The notes under the pieces are model-generated. The model made no database searches and had not been told where the DNA came from. It saw nothing but the letters and a program-made list of their open reading frames with translations. The translations under genes and the position numbers were made by a program. Source: Endomicrobiia bacterium (GTDB lineage: Bacteria > Elusimicrobiota > Endomicrobiia > DTEH01). From it: DNA of 41,495 nucleotides. The stretch is taken from assembly GCA_039630545.1 (NCBI GenBank), contig JBCNUU010000008.1, forward strand, positions 1-41,495, written 5' to 3'. Numbering within the stretch: the stretch's first letter is position 1; every line of letters begins with the position of its first letter. Positions 6,992 through 17,882 of the stretch are shown in pieces.

Positions 6992-8709
6992 CAAAGAAAT
7001 TTTTAAAATTACTGTTTTTGTTTTTAGCTTATAGCTCATTATGTGAAAATACATTTATAGCAATTAATCAAGAAGGTTATATCCCTTTTGGACCTAAAAA
7101 ATTTATGGTTGCTAACACTAAACTACAGAAGTTTTATGTAAAAAATAAAGATGGGAAAATCGTATATAAAGCTAGATTTATTAAAGTAATAGATGACAAA
7201 AACTCAGGAGATTTAGTAAAAATTGGTGACTTTAGTGGTATTACAAATGTTGGAGAGTATTACATTGAGCTTCCTGATGGAACAAGATCTTATACTTTTG
7301 AAATTTCGTCTGATGTCTACAAAGATGTATTCAAAATTACGATGAGATCATTTTATCTACAAAGATGTGGAGTTGCTGTTGAGGGAGGAGATGAAAAAAT
7401 AAAACATGAAGCATGTCATTTAGAAGATGCAGAATTTCATGAAGATGTTGGACTGCAAGGTAGGATAGATGTTACAGGTGGCTGGCATGACGCAGGAGAT
7501 TATGGCAAATACATACCTAACGCTGGTATTACTTGTGGAACTCTTTTATGGATGTGGGAGTTTTACGAAAAAAAACTTGAAAATATATCTCTTGATATTC
7601 CAAAGATTGAAAGAAATTTACCAGATGTTTTGGAAGAAATAAAATATGAAATTGATTGGTTTTTTAAAATGCAAAGAGAAGATGGTGGAGTTTATTTCAA
7701 AGTGGCTCCTGTAGGTTTTGGAGAGCTTGTTCTTCCAGAAAAAGATAAAACTAAAAGATATGTTTACAAAATATCTTCCGTTGCCACAGGTAATTTTGTA
7801 GCAGTTATGGCAGCAGCAGCTAGAGTATATAAAAAATATCTTCCGGAATACGCTCAAAAGTGTTTAGAAGCAGCAGAGAAAGGATGGAAGTGGTTAGAAA
7901 AAAATCCAGATATTGTTCCACCTGGAGGTTTTGACGACCCTGCTGTTTTTGGTGCAGGTTATGAAGGAGACAAACAGGATATTGATGAAAGATTATGGGC
8001 AGCTGCAGAATTGTTTGCTACTACTGGAGAGAAAAAATATAATGAGTTTTTTATAAAAAATTACACCAGATGGGAACCAACAATTGACTACCCACCTAGT
8101 TGGATGGATACACATGTAATGGGAATGTTAAGATATTTGATTACTGATAAAGGAGAAAGAAATGTAATAGAAAAAATTAAAGTCGACTTAATAAAATATG
8201 CTGATTCTGTTGTAGATCATGTTGAAAAAGATGGTTATAGAGTTGCCTTAAAGGATGATATGTACTACTGGGGAAGCAATGCAGTTGCGTTGAACGTTGG
8301 AGTTTTGTTGATATTTGCAACTAAAATTACTAAAGAAAGAAAATATTTGGAAGCTGCTTTTGATCAGATTTGCTATATTCTTGGAAGAAATTCTTTAGGT
8401 AAATGTTTTATAACTGGTTTAGGAAAAAATCCAGTCATAAATCCGCATCATGGCCCTTCTTTTGCAACGAAAACACCATGGCCTGGTTTTGTTGTAGGTG
8501 GACCAAATGAGAATGGAGGAGATGATGTCATAAATGTTATTATAATAGACAATCCCCTACTTCCTAAAGCAAAAAGATATGTAGATATTGATAAATTAAA
8601 AGCAGATTTTAAAAAAAAATACTATGGAAGAACATCATATGCGACGAACGAGCCATGTATAAGTTATAATGCACCATTTCAATTTTTAATAGCAGAATTT
8701 CTTGATTGA
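6988..8709 (+). CDS. Glycoside hydrolase family 9 (endoglucanase-like) with N-terminal Ig-like CelD_N domain
   Basis: Signal peptide, INQEGY N-domain, catalytic GGWHDAGDYGKY, YYWGSN, YILGRN, NPHH, SYATNEPCISYNA (catalytic Glu). Confidence 0.92.
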   Translation: MTKKFLKLLFLFLAYSSLCENTFIAINQEGYIPFGPKKFMVANTKLQKFYVKNKDGKIVYKARFIKVIDDKNSGDLVKIGDFSGITNVGEYYIELPDGTRSYTFEISSDVYKDVFKITMRSFYLQRCGVAVEGGDEKIKHEACHLEDAEFHEDVGLQGRIDVTGGWHDAGDYGKYIPNAGITCGTLLWMWEFYEKKLENISLDIPKIERNLPDVLEEIKYEIDWFFKMQREDGGVYFKVAPVGFGELVLPEKDKTKRYVYKISSVATGNFVAVMAAAARVYKKYLPEYAQKCLEAAEKGWKWLEKNPDIVPPGGFDDPAVFGAGYEGDKQDIDERLWAAAELFATTGEKKYNEFFIKNYTRWEPTIDYPPSWMDTHVMGMLRYLITDKGERNVIEKIKVDLIKYADSVVDHVEKDGYRVALKDDMYYWGSNAVALNVGVLLIFATKITKERKYLEAAFDQICYILGRNSLGKCFITGLGKNPVINPHHGPSFATKTPWPGFVVGGPNENGGDDVINVIIIDNPLLPKAKRYVDIDKLKADFKKKYYGRTSYATNEPCISYNAPFQFLIAEFLD

Positions 8710-8769
8710 TAATAAAAATCTTATAAAAAAATAATTAAAATAATTACTTTTCTGATTTTTTTCTTACTC

Positions 8770-8798
8770 TTGAATTTTATTTTCTTTTATTATAAAAT
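8770..8798 (+). promoter_or_regulatory. Putative sigma70 promoter of rplM-rpsI
   Basis: TTGAAT-17 bp-TAAAAT upstream of the AAGGAG RBS of rplM; the AT-rich context weakens specificity. Confidence 0.45.
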
Positions 8799-8851
8799 TT
8801 TTATTCAAAAATTAAAGTTATTTATTTTGATATGATAAAAGGAGAACCAAA

Positions 8852-9295
8852 ATGAAAATTTCATCTACCATAGCAAAAGTTACAAAGTTTAACTATAAAA
8901 TAACTAGAGACTGGTATCTTATAGATGCTCAAGGAAAAGTTCTAGGTCGATTGGCTTCAAAAATAGCTACGTTGCTAATTGGTAAACATAAGCCAATTTA
9001 TTCACCTGATAAAGATTGTGGAGATTTTGTTGTAGTAAAAAATGCTTCAAAAATAATACTTACAGGTAAAAAACTAAAACAAAAAATTTACTTTTCCCAC
9101 TCTGGATACCTAGGTGGAGATAAGTACATCCCTTATGAAAAACTGATGCCTCATAGAGCTGATTTTGTTTTGTATAATGCAGTAAAAGGAATGCTTCCTA
9201 AGAATAAACTCAGAGCTAAAATGCTTAAGAGACTTAAAATATTTAAAGATGAAAAAGTAAATATTACTCAAAAAATGCAAGAATTAAAAATATAA
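8852..9295 (+). CDS. rplM: 50S ribosomal protein L13
   Basis: [39 protein letters not shown]. Confidence 0.97.
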   Translation: MKISSTIAKVTKFNYKITRDWYLIDAQGKVLGRLASKIATLLIGKHKPIYSPDKDCGDFVVVKNASKIILTGKKLKQKIYFSHSGYLGGDKYIPYEKLMPHRADFVLYNAVKGMLPKNKLRAKMLKRLKIFKDEKVNITQKMQELKI

Positions 9296-9323
9296 ATTTT
9301 ACTCTGACATGGAGGAGTTAAAA

Positions 9324-9728
9324 ATGCAACAGCAAGTTCCTTCTATAATTCGAGCAACAGGAAGAAGAAAGACATCTGTAGCTGTAGCTTCAATAAAAGA
9401 AGGTTCTGGTAAGATTACAATAAATAATAGATCATTAGATGAATATTTTGGAGGGAATCTTTCTCAGAAACAATCAGTTTTGTCTCCATTGGTTTTGTCT
9501 GGACTAAAAGACAAGCTTGATATAGAAGTAGAAGCAAAAGGAGGAGGTTTAACTGGGCAAGCCGATGCTATAAAGTTAGCGATTTCAAGAGCTCTGGTTA
9601 TCTATAAGCCTGATTTAAGAAATATCCTTAAGAAAGCAGGAATGCTCAGACGAGATCCAAGAATGGTGGAGCGTAAAAAGGCAGGTAAACCAAAAGCAAG
9701 AAAAAGTTTCCAGTGGACAAAACGATAA
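9324..9728 (+). CDS. rpsI: 30S ribosomal protein S9
   Basis: ATGRRKTSVA, GGGLTGQADAI, RDPRMVERKK, C-terminal KR; start chosen after GGAGGAG RBS (9311-9317). Confidence 0.97.
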   Translation: MQQQVPSIIRATGRRKTSVAVASIKEGSGKITINNRSLDEYFGGNLSQKQSVLSPLVLSGLKDKLDIEVEAKGGGLTGQADAIKLAISRALVIYKPDLRNILKKAGMLRRDPRMVERKKAGKPKARKSFQWTKR

Positions 9729-9758
9729 AATGTGTTTTCATTGTTGGAGGTTCTTATA

Positions 9759-10037
9759 ATGAAAAGAAAAGAATTAATAGAAAGAATATCTCAAAATACA
9801 AATCAAAGACCATCTATTGTGCAAAAAATTTTACGTGAGTTTATTAAGGTTTTGGCAGAAGCATTAAAAAATGGTGAAGTTATAAATATTTCTGGTTTAG
9901 GACAGTTTAAAACGAAATTAACTAAACCAAAACTTGGAAGAAATCCAAAGACAGGTCAAGTTGTTCAAATCCCTGAAAGAAAAAAAATTTCATTTCGTCC
10001 TACTGATTGGATTAGAAGATATATTAACTCGAAGTAA
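9759..10037 (+). CDS. hup: HU/IHF family DNA-binding protein
   Basis: MKRKELIE..., GLGQF, GRNPKTG..V.IP...ISFRP; GGAGG RBS at 9746-9750. Confidence 0.92.
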   Translation: MKRKELIERISQNTNQRPSIVQKILREFIKVLAEALKNGEVINISGLGQFKTKLTKPKLGRNPKTGQVVQIPERKKISFRPTDWIRRYINSK

Positions 10038-10049
10038 TCTTATAGCTTG

Positions 10050-11264
10050 ATGAAAAAAAAAATAACTTCATCTAAGAAACTTCAACAACTACCTCCATAT
10101 TTGTTTGCAAGCATTAATAAGCTTAAATTAGAGGCCTATAAAAAAAATCTTGATGTTATTGACCTGTCTATGGGTAATCCAGATTTCCCACCGGATAAAG
10201 AGATAATAAAAAGATTATGTGAAACTGTTCTTGAACATCCTAAAACTCACAGGTATCCACAAGCAAAGGGTATGCCTAAGTTTAGAAACGCTATTGCAGA
10301 GTGGTTTTTAAAAAGATTTTCAGTAAAACTTGATCCGGAAAGGGAAGTTTTGGCATTAATTGGTTCTAAAGAAGGAGTAGGACACCTATGTATGGCTTTT
10401 TTAGACCCTAACGATTATACTTTAATTCCTGATCCTTCTTATCCAGTTTATTTTAATGCTACAATTCTTGCAGGTGGTATTCCTTATTTATTTAAAATTT
10501 TTCCTGAAAACAACTATCTACCAGACTTTGGCAAAATTCCACAAAAAATTGTTGATAAAGCAAAGATTATATTTTTAAACTATCCTAACAATCCTACAGC
10601 AGCAGTTGTAGAAGATGAGAATTTCTTTAAAGAAGCAATAAGATTTGCTAAAAAAAACAATTTAATATTATGTTATGATAATGCATACTCAGAAATAACA
10701 TTTGATGGTTATGTAGCTCCTTCTATTTTGCAATTTGACGGAGCAAAAGATGTAGCTGTTGAGTTTTATAGTTTTTCAAAAACATTTTCAATGGCTGGTT
10801 GGCGTGTGGGGTTTGTTGTTGGTAACGAATATATAATTTCTCAGTTAGAAAAATTTAAATCTTTTATTGATTATGGAGTTGCTACATTTATTCAGTTAGC
10901 AGCAGTAAAAGCTTTACTTGACTACGACAGAATTGTACCTGAAGTTAAAAAAATCTATCAAACCAGAAGAGATATAATGATAAAAGAGTTTAAAAAAATT
11001 GGTTGGGAGGTTCCTTCTCCTAAAGGTGGGATGTATTTGTGGTGTAAACTGCCAGAAAAAATTACAGATGAACTGGGTTCCTTAAAATTTGCAGAAAAAC
11101 TTTTAGTTGAAACAGGTGTAGCTGTTGCTCCCGGTGTTGGTTTTGGACCAAATGGTGAAGGATACATAAGGTTAGCTTTAGTTACCGCTAACAATAGATT
11201 TCATGACGCAGCGTTGAGATTTAAGAAAGTTTTTAAAGAGTTAGGGATAAGTTTTAAAAAATAA
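10050..11264 (+). CDS. PLP-dependent class I/II aminotransferase (LL-DAP aminotransferase/AlaC-like)
   Basis: LPPYLFA, DLSMGNPD, GSKEG, NYPNNPT, DNAYSE, SFSKTFSMAGWRVG (PLP lysine); directly upstream of hom. Confidence 0.88.
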   Translation: MKKKITSSKKLQQLPPYLFASINKLKLEAYKKNLDVIDLSMGNPDFPPDKEIIKRLCETVLEHPKTHRYPQAKGMPKFRNAIAEWFLKRFSVKLDPEREVLALIGSKEGVGHLCMAFLDPNDYTLIPDPSYPVYFNATILAGGIPYLFKIFPENNYLPDFGKIPQKIVDKAKIIFLNYPNNPTAAVVEDENFFKEAIRFAKKNNLILCYDNAYSEITFDGYVAPSILQFDGAKDVAVEFYSFSKTFSMAGWRVGFVVGNEYIISQLEKFKSFIDYGVATFIQLAAVKALLDYDRIVPEVKKIYQTRRDIMIKEFKKIGWEVPSPKGGMYLWCKLPEKITDELGSLKFAEKLLVETGVAVAPGVGFGPNGEGYIRLALVTANNRFHDAALRFKKVFKELGISFKK

Positions 11265-11271
11265 ATCCTTT

Positions 11272-12573
11272 ATGAAAACAGTAAAATTAGGCCTTATAGG
11301 AATAGGAAGTGTTGGTTTGTCGGTTTTAAAGTTTTATTTAAGTAACAAGAATTTAATAAAACAAAAATGTAACTGTGATTTGGAATTTAAAATTGTGTGT
11401 GATAAAGACAAAAATAAAAAAAATGTTTTACCTTTTGATGTAGAATTTACTGATAACTACAAAAAAATTTTAGAAGATCCTGATATTGATATAGTAGTTG
11501 AGTTAATAGGAGGGCTTCATCCTGCATATGAAATAATCACAGAAGCAATTAAATGTGGTAAACATGTGGTTACAGCAAATAAGGCTGTGCTTTCTGAGTA
11601 CTGGGATAAAATTTTTAGTTTAGCAAATAAATATAACAAATCAATTTATTTTGAGGCAGCTGTAGCTGCTGGAGTTCCGGTGATTCAGGCACTTCATGAA
11701 GGACTTGCTGGCAATAAAATTTTAGGAATAACAGGAATATTAAATGGCACTACCAACTATATTCTTACAATAATGAATCAACAAAAATGTTCTTATGAAG
11801 TAGCAGTAAAAAAAATTAAACATATGGGCATAGCAGAGACCGATGTTTACTATGATGTTTCAGGTTATGATACAGCTTGTAAGTTAAGTATTTTAAGTTC
11901 TTTGGCTTATTCCTCATGGATTAAAATTAAAAACATATATGTTGAAGGTATAGAAAATATCGAGTTGCAGGACATAATATTTGCAGAAAGTTTTGGTTTT
12001 AGCATAAAACTTTTAGGTAACAGCCAGTTTTATAAAGGCAGTTATTTTTTTGAAGTAAGAAAATTTTTGGTAAACAAAAGAAGTGTTTTTGCAAATATTT
12101 TGTATGAAAATAATGCTGTTATGTTTAATGGAGACTATTGTGGGAAAATATTACTTGCTGGGAAAGGTGCTGGTGGATTTTCTGCAGCTTCTGCTGTTAT
12201 ATCAGACATAATTGCAATAGCAAAAGAGATAGTTGAAGCTGTTGGTGGAAGGATGCAGTATGTAAAATACATGCCTCAAAAAATAAACATTGTAAAAACA
12301 GAAGAAGTGGAGGATTGTTTTTATTTAAGATTTACTACTGTAGATAGAGCTGGAGTTCTTGCAAAAATTGCGAATATTTTAGGTAAATACCAAGTTTCTA
12401 TTGCATCGGTTTATCAAAAAGAACCTTTGTTTAAACATAAAAGGGGTGTTCCAATAATTTTAATTACTCATAAAACAAAAGAAAAAAATGTTATTTTAGC
12501 ATTAGAAAAAATAAAAAAATTGGATGTAGTTCTGAAAACACCTATTTATATTAAAATTTATTCCAATACCTAA
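11272..12573 (+). CDS. hom: Homoserine dehydrogenase with C-terminal ACT domain
   Basis: [52 protein letters not shown] domain [10 protein letters not shown]. Confidence 0.95.
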   Translation: MKTVKLGLIGIGSVGLSVLKFYLSNKNLIKQKCNCDLEFKIVCDKDKNKKNVLPFDVEFTDNYKKILEDPDIDIVVELIGGLHPAYEIITEAIKCGKHVVTANKAVLSEYWDKIFSLANKYNKSIYFEAAVAAGVPVIQALHEGLAGNKILGITGILNGTTNYILTIMNQQKCSYEVAVKKIKHMGIAETDVYYDVSGYDTACKLSILSSLAYSSWIKIKNIYVEGIENIELQDIIFAESFGFSIKLLGNSQFYKGSYFFEVRKFLVNKRSVFANILYENNAVMFNGDYCGKILLAGKGAGGFSAASAVISDIIAIAKEIVEAVGGRMQYVKYMPQKINIVKTEEVEDCFYLRFTTVDRAGVLAKIANILGKYQVSIASVYQKEPLFKHKRGVPIILITHKTKEKNVILALEKIKKLDVVLKTPIYIKIYSNT

Positions 12574-12587
12574 AAGGAGAAAAAATT

Positions 12588-13967
12588 ATGGTTTTAGAAA
12601 CAGAAATTTTAAAATCAGTAAGCGGACCTTTAATTTTAGTAGAAGGTGCAAGGGGAGCTAAATACGAAGAACTTGTTGAAGTTGAACTTGGTAGTGGAGA
12701 AAAAAAGTTAGCCAGAGTACTTGAAGTAGAAGATGACAAAGCTCTAATTCAGCTTTTTGAAGAAAGTCGTGGAATAAGCATAGGTTCAACTAAAGTAAGA
12801 TTTTTAAATAAAATGGTAACTTTAGCAGTAAGCAATACGATTTTAGGAAGAATCTTTGATGGTTTAGGAAGGCCTATAGATGGAGGACCTGAAATCGTAG
12901 CTGAAAAAAGGTTAGATATAAATGGAGCACCTATAAATCCCTACTCCAGAGCCTATCCCAGAGAGTTTATACAAACAGGTATTTCTGCAATAGATGGTCT
13001 TAATACATTAGTAAGGGGTCAGAAACTTCCAATATTTTCTGTATCTGGACTTCCTCACAATTTATTAGCTGTTCAAATTGCAAGACAGGCTACTGTTTTA
13101 AAATCCGAAGTTTCAGACCAAAAAGAAGAATTTGCTGTAGTTTTTGCTGCGATGGGAATTACTTTTGAAGAAGCAAACTTTTTTATTTCTGAATTTAAAA
13201 AAACAGGAGCACTGTCTAAGGCAGTTTTGTTTATTAACTTAGCTGACGATCCTGCTATCGAAAGAATAGCTACTCCCCGTTTAGCTTTAAGCTGTGCTGA
13301 ATATTTAGCTTTTGAGTTAGAGATGCATGTTTTAGTAATTATGACTGATATGACTAACTATGCAGAAGCACTAAGAGAGATTTCTGCAGCAAGAAAAGAA
13401 GTACCTGGTAGAAGAGGTTATCCTGGATATCTCTACACTGATCTGGCAACACTTTATGAAAGAGCAGGAAGGATAAAAACTAAGAAAGGTTCTATTACCC
13501 TGATGCCTGTTCTTACTATGCCCGAAGATGATAAAACTCATCCTATTCCTGATTTGACCGGTTATATTACGGAGGGACAAATTGTTTTATCCAGAGATCT
13601 TCACAGAAAAGGTATATATCCACCTGTAGATATAATGGCAAGTTTATCAAGATTAAGAGACAAGGGTATAGGTAAAGAAAGAACAAGAGAAGACCATCCT
13701 GACTGGGCAAATCAAATGTTTGCATGTTATGCCAGAGGAAAGGAAGTAGAAGAACTTGCTGTTGTTTTAGGAGAAGCTGCTCTGGATAAAACTGATCAGA
13801 TATATCTTAAATTCGTAGAAGAGTTTGAAAATAAATTTTTAAAACAGAAATATACTGAAAATCGTTCAATCTTTGAAACTTTAGATAAAGGATATGAATT
13901 GCTCAAGATGTTTCCAAAAGAAGAGCTTAAAAGGATCAGACCTGAATTCAAAGATAAGTATCTGTAA
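12588..13967 (+). CDS. atpB: V/A-type ATP synthase subunit B
   Basis: [81 protein letters not shown]. Confidence 0.97.
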   Translation: MVLETEILKSVSGPLILVEGARGAKYEELVEVELGSGEKKLARVLEVEDDKALIQLFEESRGISIGSTKVRFLNKMVTLAVSNTILGRIFDGLGRPIDGGPEIVAEKRLDINGAPINPYSRAYPREFIQTGISAIDGLNTLVRGQKLPIFSVSGLPHNLLAVQIARQATVLKSEVSDQKEEFAVVFAAMGITFEEANFFISEFKKTGALSKAVLFINLADDPAIERIATPRLALSCAEYLAFELEMHVLVIMTDMTNYAEALREISAARKEVPGRRGYPGYLYTDLATLYERAGRIKTKKGSITLMPVLTMPEDDKTHPIPDLTGYITEGQIVLSRDLHRKGIYPPVDIMASLSRLRDKGIGKERTREDHPDWANQMFACYARGKEVEELAVVLGEAALDKTDQIYLKFVEEFENKFLKQKYTENRSIFETLDKGYELLKMFPKEELKRIRPEFKDKYL

Positions 13968-13972
13968 GTTTT

Positions 13973-14611
13973 ATGATAGATAGAGTAAAAAAAAAGATTG
14001 AAAACATACTAAAAGAGTTTTATAAAAAAACAAAAAAAGGTAAAGTTATAGTTATTTCTGGACCTTCTGGTGTAGGTAAAACCACTGTTTGTAAAGAGCT
14101 TTTAAAAAAAGATAAAAACTTAGTTTTTTCTATTTCATATACTACAAGACCTAAAAAGTCAAAAGAAAAAGACAAAGTAGATTATTATTTCGTTTCAGAA
14201 GAAAAATTTCTAGAAATGGCAAAAAGAGGGGAATTTATAGAATGGGCGAAAGTTCATAATAACTACTACGGAACTCCTAAGAAACCGCTTCTTAAAGCAA
14301 TAAATTCAGGAAAAGATGTTTTGCTTGATATTGATGTTCAAGGAGGGAAAAATATCAAAAAAATATTTCCTGACGGAGTTTTTATTTTTCTTCTACCACC
14401 TTCCTGGAAAGTGCTTATGAATAGAGTGATATCAAGAAAAAGAGAAGATTTAAAAGAAATTTCTTTAAGATTAAAGAATATTCTTAAAGAAATAAAATAC
14501 ATAAGGTATTATGACTACATTGTAATCAACGATAATCTGGGAGATACTTTGAAAATTTTATACAATATAATTAAATCTCACAAATACAAAATAAGGGGAG
14601 TGCTTCTATGA
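13973..14611 (+). CDS. gmk: Guanylate kinase
   Basis: SGPSGVGKTT P-loop, SISYTTRP, DYYFVS, NYYGT, DIDVQG, YDYIVIND. Confidence 0.96.
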   Translation: MIDRVKKKIENILKEFYKKTKKGKVIVISGPSGVGKTTVCKELLKKDKNLVFSISYTTRPKKSKEKDKVDYYFVSEEKFLEMAKRGEFIEWAKVHNNYYGTPKKPLLKAINSGKDVLLDIDVQGGKNIKKIFPDGVFIFLLPPSWKVLMNRVISRKREDLKEISLRLKNILKEIKYIRYYDYIVINDNLGDTLKILYNIIKSHKYKIRGVLL

Positions 14612-15864
14612 AAACAAGATTTATTTTAAGTTGGTTATTTATTTATCTATTACTCTCTTTCCCTTTAGTTGCTAAAGATTCTACTTATAAACAAATAAAT
14701 CTTCTTTTAGATGTTCTTAAATATACAGAAGAAAATTATGTAGAGGAGATAGATAGAGAAAAACTCTTGATTTCAGCTATTAAAGGGCTTCTTAAACCAT
14801 TAGATCCTTTCACTCAATTTATGGAACCAGACACTTACCGGGAATTAAAAGTGGAAACCGAAGGACAGTTTGGAGGGTTGGGTATAAGGATTGCAATAAG
14901 AGATGAATGGTTAACAGTTATAACTCCGCTTCCTGGTACTCCTGCATACAAAGCTGGGATTCTACCAAATGACAGAATAATAAAAATTGAAGGAGAATCC
15001 ACCTATGGAATTACCATAGAAGAGGCTGTAAAAAAACTTCGTGGAACCCCTGGAACAAAAGTTACAATTACAATTTCTAGAGAAGGAGTAAAGGATCCAA
15101 TTGATTTTACTATTACTAGAGACATAATTAAGATAGAGGTGGTAAAGTATAAAATGTTAACTGATACAATAGGTTATATAGCACTATATGAATTTAATAA
15201 CAATTCATATGATGATGTAAACAAAGCACTTGCGGATCTTAAAAAAAAGGGAATGAAAAGTTTAATTTTAGACTTAAGAAACAACCCTGGTGGACTTTTA
15301 GAACAAGCGGTAAAAATTGCTAAACTATTTTTAGACCAGAACAAACTTATAGTATATACAGAAGGCAGAAAGTCACCAAGAAAAGAATATAGAGCAGATT
15401 TTTCAGCTCCTTATTCTGACATCCCGATGATAGTCTTAATAAATGCTGGTTCTGCTTCTGGTTCTGAGATTTTAGCAGGTGCACTAAAAGACAACAGACG
15501 TGCTTTAATTTTAGGCTCAAGAAGTTTTGGTAAAGCTTCGGTTCAGAGTGTGATTGATTTAGGTGATGGTTATGGTTTAAAAATCACAACAGCAAAGTAC
15601 TACACACCCTCTGGCAGATTGATAGAAAGAAGTGAAACTTCGGTTAAGGGTTCCACTCAACCTTATTTAGGGGGCATAGAGCCTGATATTACTATTGAAG
15701 TTCCAAAGGAAATAGAAGCTAAACTTTATCAACAAAGAGAAGAAATTTATGTTCCTGGTAAAGAGCCGGTATCTGCTGTAAAGAAAGAAGAGCAAGTGGA
15801 AGATATAATATTAAGCAGAGCAGTAGAAATTCTTAAAGCTATTAACATTTATACTGGTAAATGA
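14608..15864 (+). CDS. ctpA: Carboxyl-terminal processing protease (S41A, PDZ)
   Basis: Signal peptide, GQFGGLGI PDZ, LDLRNNPGGLL, SASGSEILAG (catalytic Ser), SFGKASVQ (Lys), YYTPSGR. Confidence 0.95.
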   Translation: MKTRFILSWLFIYLLLSFPLVAKDSTYKQINLLLDVLKYTEENYVEEIDREKLLISAIKGLLKPLDPFTQFMEPDTYRELKVETEGQFGGLGIRIAIRDEWLTVITPLPGTPAYKAGILPNDRIIKIEGESTYGITIEEAVKKLRGTPGTKVTITISREGVKDPIDFTITRDIIKIEVVKYKMLTDTIGYIALYEFNNNSYDDVNKALADLKKKGMKSLILDLRNNPGGLLEQAVKIAKLFLDQNKLIVYTEGRKSPRKEYRADFSAPYSDIPMIVLINAGSASGSEILAGALKDNRRALILGSRSFGKASVQSVIDLGDGYGLKITTAKYYTPSGRLIERSETSVKGSTQPYLGGIEPDITIEVPKEIEAKLYQQREEIYVPGKEPVSAVKKEEQVEDIILSRAVEILKAINIYTGK

Positions 15865-16847
15865 GGAAAGTTTATTATTCTTTAGGAATAGAAACTTCAT
15901 GTGACGAAACCGCTGCTGCAGTAGTAAATAGTTGTTATGAAATTGTTTCCAATGTAGTTTTTTCTCAGTATAAACTTCATGCATCTTACTTTGGAGTAGT
16001 TCCTGAACTTGCTAGTAGAACTCATTATGAAAAAATTCATTTTGTGATAGAAAAAGCTATTAAGAATTTTGATATTAAAAAAATTAATATAATTTCTTAT
16101 ACTGAAAAACCAGGACTTAAAGGAGCATTGCTAATAGGAAAAACTGTAGCTAAGACACTAGGGTATATACACAGGTTACCAACAGTAGGTGTTGATCATT
16201 TATGGGGACATATTTTTTCTGTAATACTTACTCATAAGGGAAAAATAAAATTTCCTTTTATTTCTTTAATTATATCTGGAGGACATACTGAGTTGAGTTT
16301 AGTTTATTCTCTAAATAAAAGAGAAGTTTTAGGACAAACAAGAGATGATGCTGTTGGGGAAGCTTTTGATAAAGTTGCAAAGATGCTTTCTGAAAGGTTA
16401 GAAGGAAAAAACAAAAATATCCTTAAATATCCTGGAGGACCTATAATAGAAAAACTTTCAAAATTTGGAGATCCTAAATCAATTGATCTGCCAAGACCTT
16501 ATCTTTTTGAAAGCTACGATTTCAGTTTTAGTGGGCTTAAGACAGCAGTTTTATATTATATAAAAGATAGAATTTTAAATTTAAAAGATGTATATAATGT
16601 ATGTGCTTCTTTTCAAGAAGCAGTGATAGATACCCTTGAGGGGAAAGTTTTACATACGATACAAAAAACTAGGTGCAAAAGGGTAGTTATAAGTGGAGGT
16701 GTATCTTCTAATTATTTTTTAAGAAAAAGATTTAAAAGTTTAGCTTCTAAAAAAAACATTGAAATTTATTTTCCGCATAAAAAACTTGCTACAGATAATG
16801 CAGCAATGATTTCTATTGCAGGTATTGCAAAGTTTTGTAAGAATTGA
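15861..16847 (+). CDS. tsaD: tRNA N6-threonylcarbamoyltransferase TsaD
   Basis: LGIETSCDETAAA, VVPELASR, HxxGH, ISGGHT, DDAVGEAFDK, YPGGP, FSFSGLKT, TDNAAMI. Confidence 0.96.
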   Translation: MRKVYYSLGIETSCDETAAAVVNSCYEIVSNVVFSQYKLHASYFGVVPELASRTHYEKIHFVIEKAIKNFDIKKINIISYTEKPGLKGALLIGKTVAKTLGYIHRLPTVGVDHLWGHIFSVILTHKGKIKFPFISLIISGGHTELSLVYSLNKREVLGQTRDDAVGEAFDKVAKMLSERLEGKNKNILKYPGGPIIEKLSKFGDPKSIDLPRPYLFESYDFSFSGLKTAVLYYIKDRILNLKDVYNVCASFQEAVIDTLEGKVLHTIQKTRCKRVVISGGVSSNYFLRKRFKSLASKKNIEIYFPHKKLATDNAAMISIAGIAKFCKN

Positions 16848-16868
16848 CCTACAAAGGAGGATTTTTAT

Positions 16869-17882
16869 ATGCATATTATAATAAGATTTTTAGTGGTTTT
16901 GCTTATTATAAGCTGTAGTATTTTTTCTCAAGAAAATATTAATGAAACTCAAAAAGTTAAAGTTATAGATCCTTTTGAAGAAGCTGTTAACAATTCCAAA
17001 AGTTATGATCCTTACATAAGAAGACAGGCTGCTGAGCAGTTTGGAGTATTAAGAGATCAAAGGGCTTTGCCTTATCTTAAAATACTTCTTAAAGATGAAA
17101 ATCCTTTTGTAAGACAAGCAGCTTTAGATTCTTTAGGGTTGCTTAGAGCAAAAGAAGCAATAGATGATATTCTATATGTTCTAATAAACGACAAAGAACC
17201 ACAGGTAAGACAGTCAGCTGTAGTAGCATTTGGGTATATAGGCATAGTTGAAGATAAGGTAATAGATCCTCTTATAGATATTCTTAGAGATGAAAAAGAA
17301 ATAAATGCACTAAAGTATGCTGTTTGTAACACATTAAGTATATTAAGGTCAACAAAAGCTGTATCTGCACTTGTGGAGTTATTAAACACTCAAGATATAA
17401 ATTTAAGAAGAAGCGTAGTATACACACTAGGTAAAATTTCTCATCCAGATGGTATAAAAGCTTTAAGAGATAGTATTGAAAAAAATTTAGAAAACGAAGC
17501 TGTAGTGTCTGACATAATAAAAGTATTAGTTGAAGTATCAGATGTTGTATCATTAGAAAAATTTAAAGTTTTATATTCAACACCATCCATTTCACAATCT
17601 GTAAAATTTTATCTGGCATACGCTTTAGCAAAACTTGAAAAAGATACTAAAGTTATTAACATAATAAAAAGTGCTCTTAAAAGTTCTCAGGAAGAAATTA
17701 AAAATTTAGCAATAGATGCTATACGTTTTATAGGAGATAAAGAGTCGCTGGATTTACTTAAAGAAATGCAAAAAAAAGAAACATCTGCTTACACAAAACA
17801 ACTTTTAGAAATTGCTATAAAACAACTGGAGCAGAAATATCCTCCTTCACAAAGGCAGCAACAAAAGGAAAAAAGTAAATGA
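16869..17882 (+). CDS. Exported HEAT-repeat protein
   Basis: N-terminal signal peptide; repeated L.D.NP.VRQ.A...LG units. Confidence 0.85.
   Translation: MHIIIRFLVVLLIISCSIFSQENINETQKVKVIDPFEEAVNNSKSYDPYIRRQAAEQFGVLRDQRALPYLKILLKDENPFVRQAALDSLGLLRAKEAIDDILYVLINDKEPQVRQSAVVAFGYIGIVEDKVIDPLIDILRDEKEINALKYAVCNTLSILRSTKAVSALVELLNTQDINLRRSVVYTLGKISHPDGIKALRDSIEKNLENEAVVSDIIKVLVEVSDVVSLEKFKVLYSTPSISQSVKFYLAYALAKLEKDTKVINIIKSALKSSQEEIKNLAIDAIRFIGDKESLDLLKEMQKKETSAYTKQLLEIAIKQLEQKYPPSQRQQQKEKSK

Noticed and set aside
16195..16215. TsaD HLWGH instead of HxEGH as sign of inactivation
   Set aside because: Both metal-binding His and the other motifs are intact, and the middle position varies among TsaD proteins.
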